The notes under the pieces: generated by a model
The model's database searches: none
What the model was told of the DNA's origin: nothing
Seen by the model: the letters and a program-made list of their open reading frames with translations, nothing else
From: Candidatus Rokuibacteriota bacterium
GTDB taxonomy: Bacteria; Methylomirabilota; Methylomirabilia; Rokubacteriales; DASRDR01
Assembly (NCBI GenBank): GCA_044866005.1
Contig: JBIOTN010000175.1
Span: 1-64,000, forward strand
Direction of reading: 5' to 3'
DNA length: 64,000 nucleotides
Program-made: the position numbers and the translations under genes
Shown here: positions 29,626 to 38,046 of the stretch, piece after piece
How positions within the stretch are numbered: position 1 is the first letter of the stretch
Layout: each line of letters starts with the position of its first letter

Positions 29626-31179
29626 CTAGGGACGCGGCAGTTCGGAGGGAAGGGCGCCCACCGGGAGACCCAGGCGGCGCAGCAGGAAGGCCAGGAGCAA
29701 GCGGGCGTCGCGCCGCCGGCTCCGGGCGGCGGCATAGAGCCGGTCGAGGGCCAGGCGGTCCGCGGACCGCAGCGGCATCGGCGTCAGGTCCGCGAGCGTG
29801 ACGAGGCCCGGCGGGGCGAGCGGCAGCTGGCCGCGCGCGGCGAGCAGGCCCCACTCCGACTCCGAGCGCGCCGCCGTGCCGACCCAGTGGAGGTCGCCCC
29901 GCACGACGTTCCAGAGGTGAGGCGCCCGCGCGAGGCCGAGACGACTGAGAAGGCGCCCGAGCCGGCCCCGGCTCGCCACGCGACGGAGCAGGGCGACGTC
30001 CCCGCGGGCGCCGACGACGCGCCGCCGGGTGAGCGGCCGGCCACCGCTCTCCACGGCCAGGCCCGCGAGCACCGGCAGCCACAGGGGCGCGGCGCCGGCG
30101 ACGATCGCCATCGCCAGGAGCCGGCCCATGAGGCTCCCCGGGTGCGGCCGGAGCGGAACGCGCGTGTCGCCGAGGATCCGCGGATCGCTCACCCGGGTCC
30201 AGCTGCCGGCGTGGGCGCGACCGAGCCGCTCGCGGTCGACGAGCGCGCCCTCCAGGGCGAGCCCACGCCCCACGTGCGTGCGGGGCAGCAGGACCGAGTG
30301 CCGCACGGTCGAGCCGCCGCCCACGATGACGTCCTCGCCGACGACGCTCCGCTCGACGACCGCGCCGCGCCCGATCACCGCGTTCACGCCCACCAGGACC
30401 GGCGGCCGGACGGCGGCGCCCGGGTGGACGAGGGCGCCGCGGGACAGGCGGACCCCCGGGCGGACTTCGAAGCCGGGCAGGACGAGTCCCGGCAGCTCGC
30501 CGCCGATCGCCATGTGGTTGGCAGCGAGGAGGTCGCCGGGCGTGCGAACGAGGCGCCCCGGGTCCGTCGTGACGTAGCCGCAGGTGGTGAGGCCGGCGGC
30601 CAGGAGGCGCGGCAACAGATCGTCGACCAGGTCGGCGGGCGTCGCCGGCGACAGCTCGGCGAGCGCCGCGGGGCTGACGAGGGCGAGCCCCGTCGTGGCG
30701 AAGCGCCCGCTCACGGGGCGCCGCGGCGGCGCCAGGCCCCCCTCGTCATCGACGTCCACGTCGCCGTCCTCGCCGTCGGCGGGGACCACGATCAGCGTGA
30801 GGACCGCGCCCCGCAGCTGGTGGAACGCGGCGGCCTTCGAGATGTCGGCGGTGGTCAGCGCGGTGCCCGCGGCCACCAGGAACGGCTCGCTCCACCGAGC
30901 GGCGACGCGACGGACCGCGCCGGCGGTGCCGAGCGGCGTCCGCTCCAGCGCGTACCGGAGCCGCAGGCCCCAGCGCGTGCCATCCCCGAGGCCGGCCTCG
31001 ATGGGGTACGGGCAGTGGTGGAGGGCCATCACCACCTCGCGGACGCGGTGCCGGACGAGGTGGTCGAGGAGGTGCTCGACGACCGGGCGGTTCGCCACCG
31101 GCAGCAGCGCGGCCGGCCAGTCGAGCGTGAGCGGGTGCAGGCGTGTCGCCGCGCCGCCGGCCAGGACGACCGCGTTCAC
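29626..31179 (-). CDS. Nucleotidyltransferase-like + hexapeptide repeat + degenerate bacterial sugar-transferase fusion
   Basis: AVVLAGG.ATRL.PLT, E..PLGTAG, left-handed beta-helix repeats, C-terminal L...P.LWNV.RGDL..VG...PGL. Confidence 0.8.
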   Translation of the reverse strand: MNAVVLAGGAATRLHPLTLDWPAALLPVANRPVVEHLLDHLVRHRVREVVMALHHCPYPIEAGLGDGTRWGLRLRYALERTPLGTAGAVRRVAARWSEPFLVAAGTALTTADISKAAAFHQLRGAVLTLIVVPADGEDGDVDVDDEGGLAPPRRPVSGRFATTGLALVSPAALAELSPATPADLVDDLLPRLLAAGLTTCGYVTTDPGRLVRTPGDLLAANHMAIGGELPGLVLPGFEVRPGVRLSRGALVHPGAAVRPPVLVGVNAVIGRGAVVERSVVGEDVIVGGGSTVRHSVLLPRTHVGRGLALEGALVDRERLGRAHAGSWTRVSDPRILGDTRVPLRPHPGSLMGRLLAMAIVAGAAPLWLPVLAGLAVESGGRPLTRRRVVGARGDVALLRRVASRGRLGRLLSRLGLARAPHLWNVVRGDLHWVGTAARSESEWGLLAARGQLPLAPPGLVTLADLTPMPLRSADRLALDRLYAAARSRRRDARLLLAFLLRRLGLPVGALPSELPRP

Positions 31180-31198
31180 CGACGCCCCCCGGGGTCCC

Positions 31199-31507
31199 TC
31201 ACGCGGCCCGGCTCGAGACGAGAGCGTCGGCCAGCGAGGTGAGGACCGGCATGAGGCTCGGCGAGGCGAGGATGCGGACCCGGCGCTCCCGCGCCAGCTG
31301 CCGGAGACCGCGCGAGAGGACCTCCAGCCCGAAGGCTTCGACGACGGTCAGTCCCGACAGGTCGAGCACGAGCTCGCGAGCCTGCGACGGCGTGCGGGCG
31401 AGCACGTCCAGCACGTGGCAGGCCGTCGAGCCGTCCACCGCGCCCTCCAGCGTCACCGTACATCGGTCCTGGCGCTGGCGGCGGCGCACTCGCAGGCGTG
31501 GCGCCAT
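31199..31507 (-). CDS. STAS domain protein (lacks the canonical phospho-Ser motif)
   Basis: V.LEG.VD, LVLDLSGL.VVEAFGL. Confidence 0.75.
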   Translation of the reverse strand: MAPRLRVRRRQRQDRCTVTLEGAVDGSTACHVLDVLARTPSQARELVLDLSGLTVVEAFGLEVLSRGLRQLARERRVRILASPSLMPVLTSLADALVSSRAA

Positions 31508-31520
31508 GCAATCCTCCCGG

Positions 31521-31952
31521 CTAGCTGGCGACCCGCCGCTCGAGCGGCGCGCGCGCCAGGCGGATCTTCCCCAGGTGCCGCTGCGGCGCATGGCCCGGCG
31601 CCGCCACCCCGCCGGCGGCGAGCGCCTCGACGGCCGAGGCGACGTCGTCGCAGACGTCGAAGAGCAGGTGGAGCTGCATGATCTCCAGGACGAGTCTGAC
31701 CTGCGAGGCCAGCCCCACGAGGCAGACATCCCCGCCGCGGCGCTCGGCCTGCCGGAGCAGCGTGACCAGCGCGGCAAAGCCGCTGGAGTCCACCCGCCGC
31801 ACGCCGCTCAGGTCGATGGCCACCCGCGGCACCCCGATCGGCGCCAGCATGAGTCTGACGCGGCGCAGGAAGGCCGGTGCGGTGGGGACCGTGAGCTCGC
31901 CCTCGACGGTCAGGACGGTCACGCTGCCGAGTTGCTTGGACGTCACCTGCAT
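31521..31952 (-). CDS. STAS anti-sigma-factor antagonist
   Basis: IDLSGV..VDSSG..ALV; SD AAGGAG. Confidence 0.9.
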   Translation of the reverse strand: MQVTSKQLGSVTVLTVEGELTVPTAPAFLRRVRLMLAPIGVPRVAIDLSGVRRVDSSGFAALVTLLRQAERRGGDVCLVGLASQVRLVLEIMQLHLLFDVCDDVASAVEALAAGGVAAPGHAPQRHLGKIRLARAPLERRVAS

Positions 31953-32064
31953 GGACCAGGCTCCTTCTCCCGACCTCGACCCCGCGATGCACGCGACGTG
32001 GGGGCGCTCACGACGCCGCGTGACCGGAGGTCGGTGCCGTGCCTGGCTCGCGCGCTCCTGATTC

Positions 32065-32079
32065 GCTCCATCCGTGCCA
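32065..32079 (-). promoter_or_regulatory. sigma54 promoter candidate TGGCAC-GGATG-GAGC
   Basis: GG-N10-GC spacing, perfect -24, weak -12; upstream of the STAS operon. Confidence 0.5.
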
Positions 32080-32245
32080 CCGGGTCGTGCGCTCGAAAAT
32101 GATGCCGACTGATGCCCCTTCCGAGGAGCAAGACGGATGCCGAGCCCCCGTGGGCCGTGGGGACGCCTCGCTGGAGCCTGCCCCGGCGCGCCGACGCCGG
32201 ATCAGAGGCCATGATCGGCGACCCGGCCCCGCGGCGCCCGGGCCG

Positions 32246-32273
32246 AAAGGTTGCGGACGAGGCTGCAACATTT
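32246..32273. promoter_or_regulatory. Palindrome AAAGGTTGC-N10-GCAACATTT, candidate enhancer
   Basis: Same core recurs at 37925..37944. Confidence 0.7.
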
Positions 32274-32309
32274 GCCGCCCCGCCGGCCTGGGATGGCACA
32301 CGCATGGCG

Positions 32310-32324
32310 TGGCATTCGCCTTGC
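32310..32324 (+). promoter_or_regulatory. sigma54 promoter candidate TGGCAT-TCGCC-TTGC with no downstream sense gene
   Basis: Near-consensus -24/-12. Confidence 0.5.
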
Positions 32325-32424
32325 CCGCTCGGGATCGCGACGACCGCGACGTCGTGCGTCGGTCGCCACCCCGCGAGTCGTGTCGGGCGCACCTCGCGCC
32401 GCGCAGAGCCGGACGATCGAGCCG

Positions 32425-33159
32425 TCAGGACGCCCCCTTCCCCGAGATCACCGCGGGAATCGTACGCAACAGGATCACGAGGTCCATGCCCAAGGTCTGA
32501 CGCTCGATGTACTGGACGTCGAGTCGGACCTGGCCCGGGAAGTCGATGGCGTTCCGGCCCATCACCTGCCAGAGGCAGGTGATGCCCGGCGTCGCCATGA
32601 GCCGCCGTCGGTCGGCGGGGTCGTACAGCGCGACCTCCGACGGGAGCGGCGGACGCGGGCCGACCAGCGACATCTCGCCCTGGAGGACGTTCAGGAGCTG
32701 TGGCAGCTCGTCCAGGGACAGCTTGCGAATCACGCGGCCGACCCGCGTGATGCGGGGATCGTTCTTGATCTTGAAGAGGATCCCGTCCCGCATCTCGTTC
32801 TGCGCCATGAGGTCGGCCTTCAGCGCCTCGGCGTTCAGCACCATGGAGCGGAACTTGTACATCACGAACAGGCGGCCGTCCTTGCCCACCCGAACCTGGT
32901 GGAAGAGGATCGGCCCGCCGTCCTCCAGCTTGATCCCGAGGGCGATGGCGAGCCAGATCGGCGCGGCGATCACGAGGAGCACGAGCCCGCCGAGGAGGTC
33001 CACGGCCCGCTTGAGGCGGGGCGTGGTCCCGACCCGCACGCGCCACAGGAGCCGGCCGACCGCGATGACGAAGAGGTCGCGGCGGCGCGCCCAGCCGACG
33101 CCGCCGCGGGCGAGACGCCGGTGAGTTTGACGGAGGAGGCGGGCGCGCTCGGCCGTCAC
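32425..33159 (-). CDS. Priming phosphoglycosyl transferase (bacterial sugar transferase, WcaJ/PglC-like)
   Basis: KR..D, KFRSM, DPRIT.VG, LDELPQL.NVL.GEMSLVGPRP, PGIT. Confidence 0.95.
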   Translation of the reverse strand: MTAERARLLRQTHRRLARGGVGWARRRDLFVIAVGRLLWRVRVGTTPRLKRAVDLLGGLVLLVIAAPIWLAIALGIKLEDGGPILFHQVRVGKDGRLFVMYKFRSMVLNAEALKADLMAQNEMRDGILFKIKNDPRITRVGRVIRKLSLDELPQLLNVLQGEMSLVGPRPPLPSEVALYDPADRRRLMATPGITCLWQVMGRNAIDFPGQVRLDVQYIERQTLGMDLVILLRTIPAVISGKGAS

Positions 33160-33196
33160 GCCAGACCCCCAACGGCGCTGCGTCCCCGGCCCGCGG

Positions 33197-34411
33197 TCAT
33201 GCCGCTTTCTCCGTCGCCGGCACCCGCTTCCGCGGCGTGGGCACCCACTCCCGCGAGGCCCCGCCCAGGACCAGGGCGCAGTACCAGACCTTGGCGACCG
33301 CGTAGACCGGCCCGTACACGAACAGCGCGGCATAGGCGCGCGCCGGCACGCGAGCGAGCGCGCACCCGGTGAAGACGTAAAAGGCCTGCGCCGCGAGCAG
33401 GCCGGCCCAGATCACCGCCGGCGCGACGGGGCCGCCAGCGAGCCACGAGAGGCCGTGGAGCATCGCCGGGCCGGCGGTCCCGGCCGCGAGCAAGGCGAAG
33501 GGCGGCGTCGCCAGGTCCAGCATCAGGTCGAGATAGGGCACGCGCGCCCGGCCCGTCCGGGCCGTCGCGGCGCGGAGCAGCGGCACGAGGGCTCGCCGCG
33601 CCAGGGCGAACCGACCGCCCTCCCAGCGCAGCTCCTGGCTCCGCGCCGTCTTCATGGTCGGCTCCATGACCGTCTCGACCACGGCCCGGGGCACGAACAC
33701 CGAGCGGATCCCGTGGAAGACGAGCCGGAGGTGGTACTCCTGGTCCTCCGCCACCGAGGCCGTCTCCCAGGGGACCTCCCGCAGCACTGCCCGGGTGAGG
33801 CAGATGCCGTTCCCCTGGAGGCCGGCCGAAGCGCCCAGCGCCTGCCGTCCCGCAGGACGCAGGTAGTGGATGAGCGCCATGTCCGCCGCCATCAGCGCGG
33901 TCCGCCAGCTCTCGTCGGCATTGCCAACGGCGCAGTACGCTTGCACGACCCGCGCTCCGGCCTGAAGGGCCAGATCCAGCTCGGTGAGCAGATCCGGCGC
34001 GGGGCGCGAGTCGGCGTCGAGGATGACGAACGCGTCGTGACGGCGCTCGGGAAGCAGTCGCGCGAAGGCCCAGCCGAGCGCGGCGCCCTTGCTGCGGCGC
34101 GTGGGATCGCGGCGCTGGAGGACCCGCGCCCCGTGGGCCAGCGCGACCACCGCGGTGCCGTCGTCGCAGTTGTCGGCGACGACGATGACCTCGTAGCGTG
34201 GACGGGGATAGTCGAGCGCGTCGAGCGCGGCGAGCAGCTCAGGCAGCATCGCCGCCTCGTTGTGCGCGGGGACCACCACGGCGAACCGGTGGCGCGGCGC
34301 GCGCGGCGCCCGGCGCGCCGGGCGGGCGACCGCCGCCGCGCCCGCCACCAGGGCCAGGTAGCCCGTGAAGACGGCGGCCAGCGCGATCAGCGGGAGCTCA
34401 GCGAGCCACAT
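33197..34411 (-). CDS. GT2 glycosyltransferase (CESA-like, membrane-bound)
   Basis: VPAHNE, ADNC.D, DAD, AED, Q..RW. Confidence 0.93.
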   Translation of the reverse strand: MWLAELPLIALAAVFTGYLALVAGAAAVARPARRAPRAPRHRFAVVVPAHNEAAMLPELLAALDALDYPRPRYEVIVVADNCDDGTAVVALAHGARVLQRRDPTRRSKGAALGWAFARLLPERRHDAFVILDADSRPAPDLLTELDLALQAGARVVQAYCAVGNADESWRTALMAADMALIHYLRPAGRQALGASAGLQGNGICLTRAVLREVPWETASVAEDQEYHLRLVFHGIRSVFVPRAVVETVMEPTMKTARSQELRWEGGRFALARRALVPLLRAATARTGRARVPYLDLMLDLATPPFALLAAGTAGPAMLHGLSWLAGGPVAPAVIWAGLLAAQAFYVFTGCALARVPARAYAALFVYGPVYAVAKVWYCALVLGGASREWVPTPRKRVPATEKAA

Positions 34412-34419
34412 GGGTGCCC

Positions 34420-36660
34420 TCAGGCGCTCTCGCGTCGGCCATCGTGCGCGTAATAGCCGTAGTTGGCGTAGAAGTACCGGTTACGGGAGAGCCGCACGTC
34501 GTTGAGCACGACGCCGAGGATCCGGGCCCCCAGGGCCTCGAGGCGGTCCCGCGCGATCTGGACGGCCTCCACCGGCGTGGCGTGGGCGCGGACCACCAGG
34601 AGCACGCCGTCCACGAGCGACGCCAGCACGGAGGCGTCCGAGACGGCCAGGACGGGCGGGGAGTCGATGATGATCCAGGGGAACCGTTGCCGGAGCGTTC
34701 CCAGCAGGGTGCGCGCGCGCTCCGAGGAGAGCAGCGCGGCCGGATCGGGCGGCTTCGGCCCCGCCGGCAGGAACGTGAGGTTCGCGATCCCCGTCGTCAC
34801 GAGCGCGACATCATGCGGCAGCCCGCGGTAGAGGAGCGAGGAGAGCCCCACCCGCGGGGACTCGATCCCGAACGCGCGATGACAGGCCGAGCGGCGGAAG
34901 TCCGCGTCGATCAGCAAGACCGTCTCGCCGCCTTCGGCGAGCGCGACCGCGAGGTTCACCGCGCTGAACGACTTGCCCTCCTGGGGCTGGGCGCTCGTCA
35001 CCAGGATCGTGCGCGGCGTGTCGAAGGCGCGGCTGTGCAACACCAGCGCGCGGATCGATCGGAACGCCTCGCCGGCGATCTGCGCCGGCCAGGACAGCGC
35101 GTCCTCCGGAACCGCGCGCGTCGGCAGGTCCTCGAGCGCCGGGAGCGACTGGCGCGTATAGCTGCGCACCGACGGGACGGTGCCGAGGTTCGGCAAGCGG
35201 ACGAGCAGATCGACCTCGCGCGGCGTCCGCAGCGTCTGATCGCCCGCCTCCCGGAAGAACGCGAGGGCGGCGCCGCCGATCAGGCCGGCGATGGTGGCGA
35301 GCAGCAAATCGCGGGTCTTCTTCGGGCTGGCGGGCCGGAGCGGCGCCCGGGCCGGGTCGGCGATCTTCACGTTCGTCACGCGGAGCTGGGCGGCGAGCTG
35401 CAGCTCCTTCAGCCGCTTCATCAGCTCGGCGTACACGGACTCGGTCGCGTCCGATTCCTTCTTGAGGAGCTGGAGCTGCATCTGCCGGGCGTGCTGGCTG
35501 ATCGCCTCGCGCCGCTGGGAATCGAGCCGCCGGCCCAGCTCCGCCGCGCGGCGCGTCGCCGCCTGGTATTCCTGCTGGACCGCGTCCTTCGCCTTCTTGG
35601 TCTCGGTGTCGAGCCGGAGCTTCGCCAGCGAGAGCTCCGCCTCCAGCTCGATCATCTTGGGATGCTGCGGCCCGTACACCGTCTTGGCCCGCGCCAGCTC
35701 GCGCTCCAGCCGGGTGTACTCGCCCTTGAGGTTCCGGACGAGCTCGCTTCCCAGGGCGGCCGCCAGCGTCTCGGGGTCGGCGGAGGCGAGCATCCGGTAG
35801 CGCGCCTCCTTCTGGATACGGTCGCTCTCCGCCTCGGTGTAGGCGCGGTTCTGGTCGTCGAGCTGCTGGAGGACGAACTCCGTCTTGCCCTCGCGCGTCG
35901 GCACCAGGTTGTTCTTCTCGACGAACTGCTGGATGACGCCGCTCGCCTCCTGCGTGCGGGCGCGCAGACCGCCGAGCTGGTCCTCCAGCCACCGGCTGGC
36001 CGCCTCCGACGCCTCCCGCCGCTGGGCGTTCGTCATGGCGATGTACTCGCTGGCGATCGCGTTGGGAATGGCCGCCGCCAGGTCCCGGTCGGGGACGCGC
36101 GCGCTGATCCGCACGAGCCGGCTCCGCTTGACGGGCTCGATCTTGATGTCCTGCTCCAGGCCCTCGATGAACTCGTCCATGCCCGCCGACGGCTTCGGCG
36201 CGGCGGGACGCAGGCCCACCAGCCGGGCGGCGAAGGCGAAGACCTGTTCCCGCCGGCTCTGGCCCGGGGCGAAGGCGGGATGACGGGGAAGGTCGAGCCG
36301 CTCGGCCATCCGGGCGAGGAGCGTCCGGCTCCCCAGCAACTCGAACTGCGTCTGGTAGTAGGCGTCGAACACCCGCTCGTTCGCCGATTCCTCGTTCGGA
36401 GAGAGCTCCTGGAACGCGACCACGCGCGGCCGCTCGGGATCGATCTGGATCACGGCCGCGGCCTCGTAGAGCGGCCGCGTGGTGAAGCTCCACGTCGCGA
36501 CCAGGCCCATCACGGCCGCGGTGAAGCCGAGAATCAGCCAGCGGCGGCCGACGAGGATGTCCCAGATGCTGCGCGCGGGCCGCTCGCCCTCGATGCGGAC
36601 CACCTCGAGCTCGCGGTCGCCCGGCAGCGCGGACATCGGCCGGTGCGGGATCTCTCGCAT
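34420..36660 (-). CDS. wzc: Polysaccharide co-polymerase / tyrosine autokinase
   Basis: Two TMs, coiled coil, YGP.HP, Walker A SAQPQEGKS, IDADFR, IDSPP, C-terminal Tyr cluster. Confidence 0.95.
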   Translation of the reverse strand: MREIPHRPMSALPGDRELEVVRIEGERPARSIWDILVGRRWLILGFTAAVMGLVATWSFTTRPLYEAAAVIQIDPERPRVVAFQELSPNEESANERVFDAYYQTQFELLGSRTLLARMAERLDLPRHPAFAPGQSRREQVFAFAARLVGLRPAAPKPSAGMDEFIEGLEQDIKIEPVKRSRLVRISARVPDRDLAAAIPNAIASEYIAMTNAQRREASEAASRWLEDQLGGLRARTQEASGVIQQFVEKNNLVPTREGKTEFVLQQLDDQNRAYTEAESDRIQKEARYRMLASADPETLAAALGSELVRNLKGEYTRLERELARAKTVYGPQHPKMIELEAELSLAKLRLDTETKKAKDAVQQEYQAATRRAAELGRRLDSQRREAISQHARQMQLQLLKKESDATESVYAELMKRLKELQLAAQLRVTNVKIADPARAPLRPASPKKTRDLLLATIAGLIGGAALAFFREAGDQTLRTPREVDLLVRLPNLGTVPSVRSYTRQSLPALEDLPTRAVPEDALSWPAQIAGEAFRSIRALVLHSRAFDTPRTILVTSAQPQEGKSFSAVNLAVALAEGGETVLLIDADFRRSACHRAFGIESPRVGLSSLLYRGLPHDVALVTTGIANLTFLPAGPKPPDPAALLSSERARTLLGTLRQRFPWIIIDSPPVLAVSDASVLASLVDGVLLVVRAHATPVEAVQIARDRLEALGARILGVVLNDVRLSRNRYFYANYGYYAHDGRRESA

Positions 36661-36682
36661 CAGACGCTCCTTGCGGTGTCGC

Positions 36683-37732
36683 TCACGGTGAAATCCCGAT
36701 GCTGAAGATGCCTTTGAAGAAGTCGAGGACGCCGTAGGCCGCCGTCTTGGCGCCGCTCGCCGGGACCACGACGACGTCCTGCGCCTGGAGCGCGACGTCC
36801 TGGCTCCGGTCGCCGGCCATGACGGCCTTGAGGTCGATCCCCCCGATCTCCTTCTTCTCCCCGGTCGGCAGCGTCCGAACGATCTTGATCTCCCGGGTCG
36901 CCGCCCGGTTGGTCACGCCGCCGGCCTCGGTGATCGCCTTGGAGATCGTGGTGTCGCGGCGCAGCGTGTAGGCCCCGCGCTTCTCCACCTCGCCCGCGAC
37001 GTAGTAGGTGTTCGCCTCCGGGACGTAGACGGAGTCTCCCGGCTCGAGCACGACGTTCTGGCGCGGGTCGCCGCTCCGCAGCAGCGCTTCGAGGTCCACG
37101 GTGACCGGCTGGGGCTCGCCCTGCCGCGGCTTCGCGCGGAGCACGTAGGCGACCCGGTCGGCGTTTTCCTTGACGCCCTTGGCCTCGGACATGGCGAGGA
37201 GCACGGTCGTGGAGTTGCTCTTCAGCGCGTACGATCCCGGCTGGTTGACCGCGCCCATGACCGCGACCTGCCGGCCCTGGAACTCCGTCACGCTGACGGT
37301 CACCTTCGGGTTGAGGAGGTAGCGGCCGCGAAGGCCGGACTCGAGCTTCTCCTCGACTTCCTTCGGAGACAGGCCCACGACGGGGACCTCGCCCAGGAGC
37401 GGAAGCGTGATCGTCCCCGTCTCGCTCACGCGGACGGTGCGGCTGAGGTCCTCCTGCCCGTAGACGTGGATCGCCAGCTGGTCCTTGGGCGCGACCTTGT
37501 AGTCGCCCTCGGGAGCGGTGGCCGGCGTCGGCGGAGGCTGGAGCGAGACCGGCGGGGGCGCGAGCGTCGGGCCGCCCGGCGGCGTCACCGCGCCCGACGG
37601 CGTCGCCGCTCGCCCGGTCGCGGGGCTCGACGCCGCCGGCCGGGCTCCCTCGGCGGGAGCCTTCGAGGCAGTGGCGCAGCCGCTGCCCGCGATCAAACTG
37701 CCGATCAGAGCGAACACAATCCCATGCCGCAT
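36683..37732 (-). CDS. wza: Polysaccharide export lipoprotein with SLBB domains
   Basis: Lipobox-like GSGC, Y...PKD.L.I.V, G.I.LPLLG.V, SLBB repeats. Confidence 0.9.
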   Translation of the reverse strand: MRHGIVFALIGSLIAGSGCATASKAPAEGARPAASSPATGRAATPSGAVTPPGGPTLAPPPVSLQPPPTPATAPEGDYKVAPKDQLAIHVYGQEDLSRTVRVSETGTITLPLLGEVPVVGLSPKEVEEKLESGLRGRYLLNPKVTVSVTEFQGRQVAVMGAVNQPGSYALKSNSTTVLLAMSEAKGVKENADRVAYVLRAKPRQGEPQPVTVDLEALLRSGDPRQNVVLEPGDSVYVPEANTYYVAGEVEKRGAYTLRRDTTISKAITEAGGVTNRAATREIKIVRTLPTGEKKEIGGIDLKAVMAGDRSQDVALQAQDVVVVPASGAKTAAYGVLDFFKGIFSIGISP

Positions 37733-37760
37733 CGTACGCACTGCCCCTCCCGACCGCGGA

Positions 37761-37775
37761 GCAAGGGATGTGCCA
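37761..37775 (-). promoter_or_regulatory. sigma54 promoter TGGCAC-ATCCC-TTGC
   Basis: Perfect consensus upstream of wza. Confidence 0.85.
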
Positions 37776-37921
37776 GGGAGGGGGGCACTTCCCGGGACCC
37801 TTCGCGGAAGCGTCCCCGCTCCACGGTCCGATCGCGGGTCCGGACATCTGAGGTCCGGCCCCGGACTGGGCCGCTGCCGGTTGTGGCCCTGCATATCCCC
37901 GGCCGGCGGAGCGCGCGACCC

Positions 37922-37949
37922 AAAGTTGCCCACGTCAGTGCAACAATTT
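37922..37949. promoter_or_regulatory. Palindrome AAAGTTGC-N10-GCAACAATTT, candidate enhancer
   Basis: Between two divergent sigma54 promoters. Confidence 0.75.
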
Positions 37950-38011
37950 CCGGGGGCGGGCGGGGCGCGTGGCCGATGACCGGCCGAGGCGACGGAAGCG
38001 GAGCGGTCCAC

Positions 38012-38026
38012 TGGCACGCCCATTGC
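38012..38026 (+). promoter_or_regulatory. sigma54 promoter TGGCAC-GCCCA-TTGC
   Basis: Perfect consensus upstream of the Wzy-like gene. Confidence 0.85.
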
Positions 38027-38046
38027 TGCCTCCGGAGAAACGAGCC

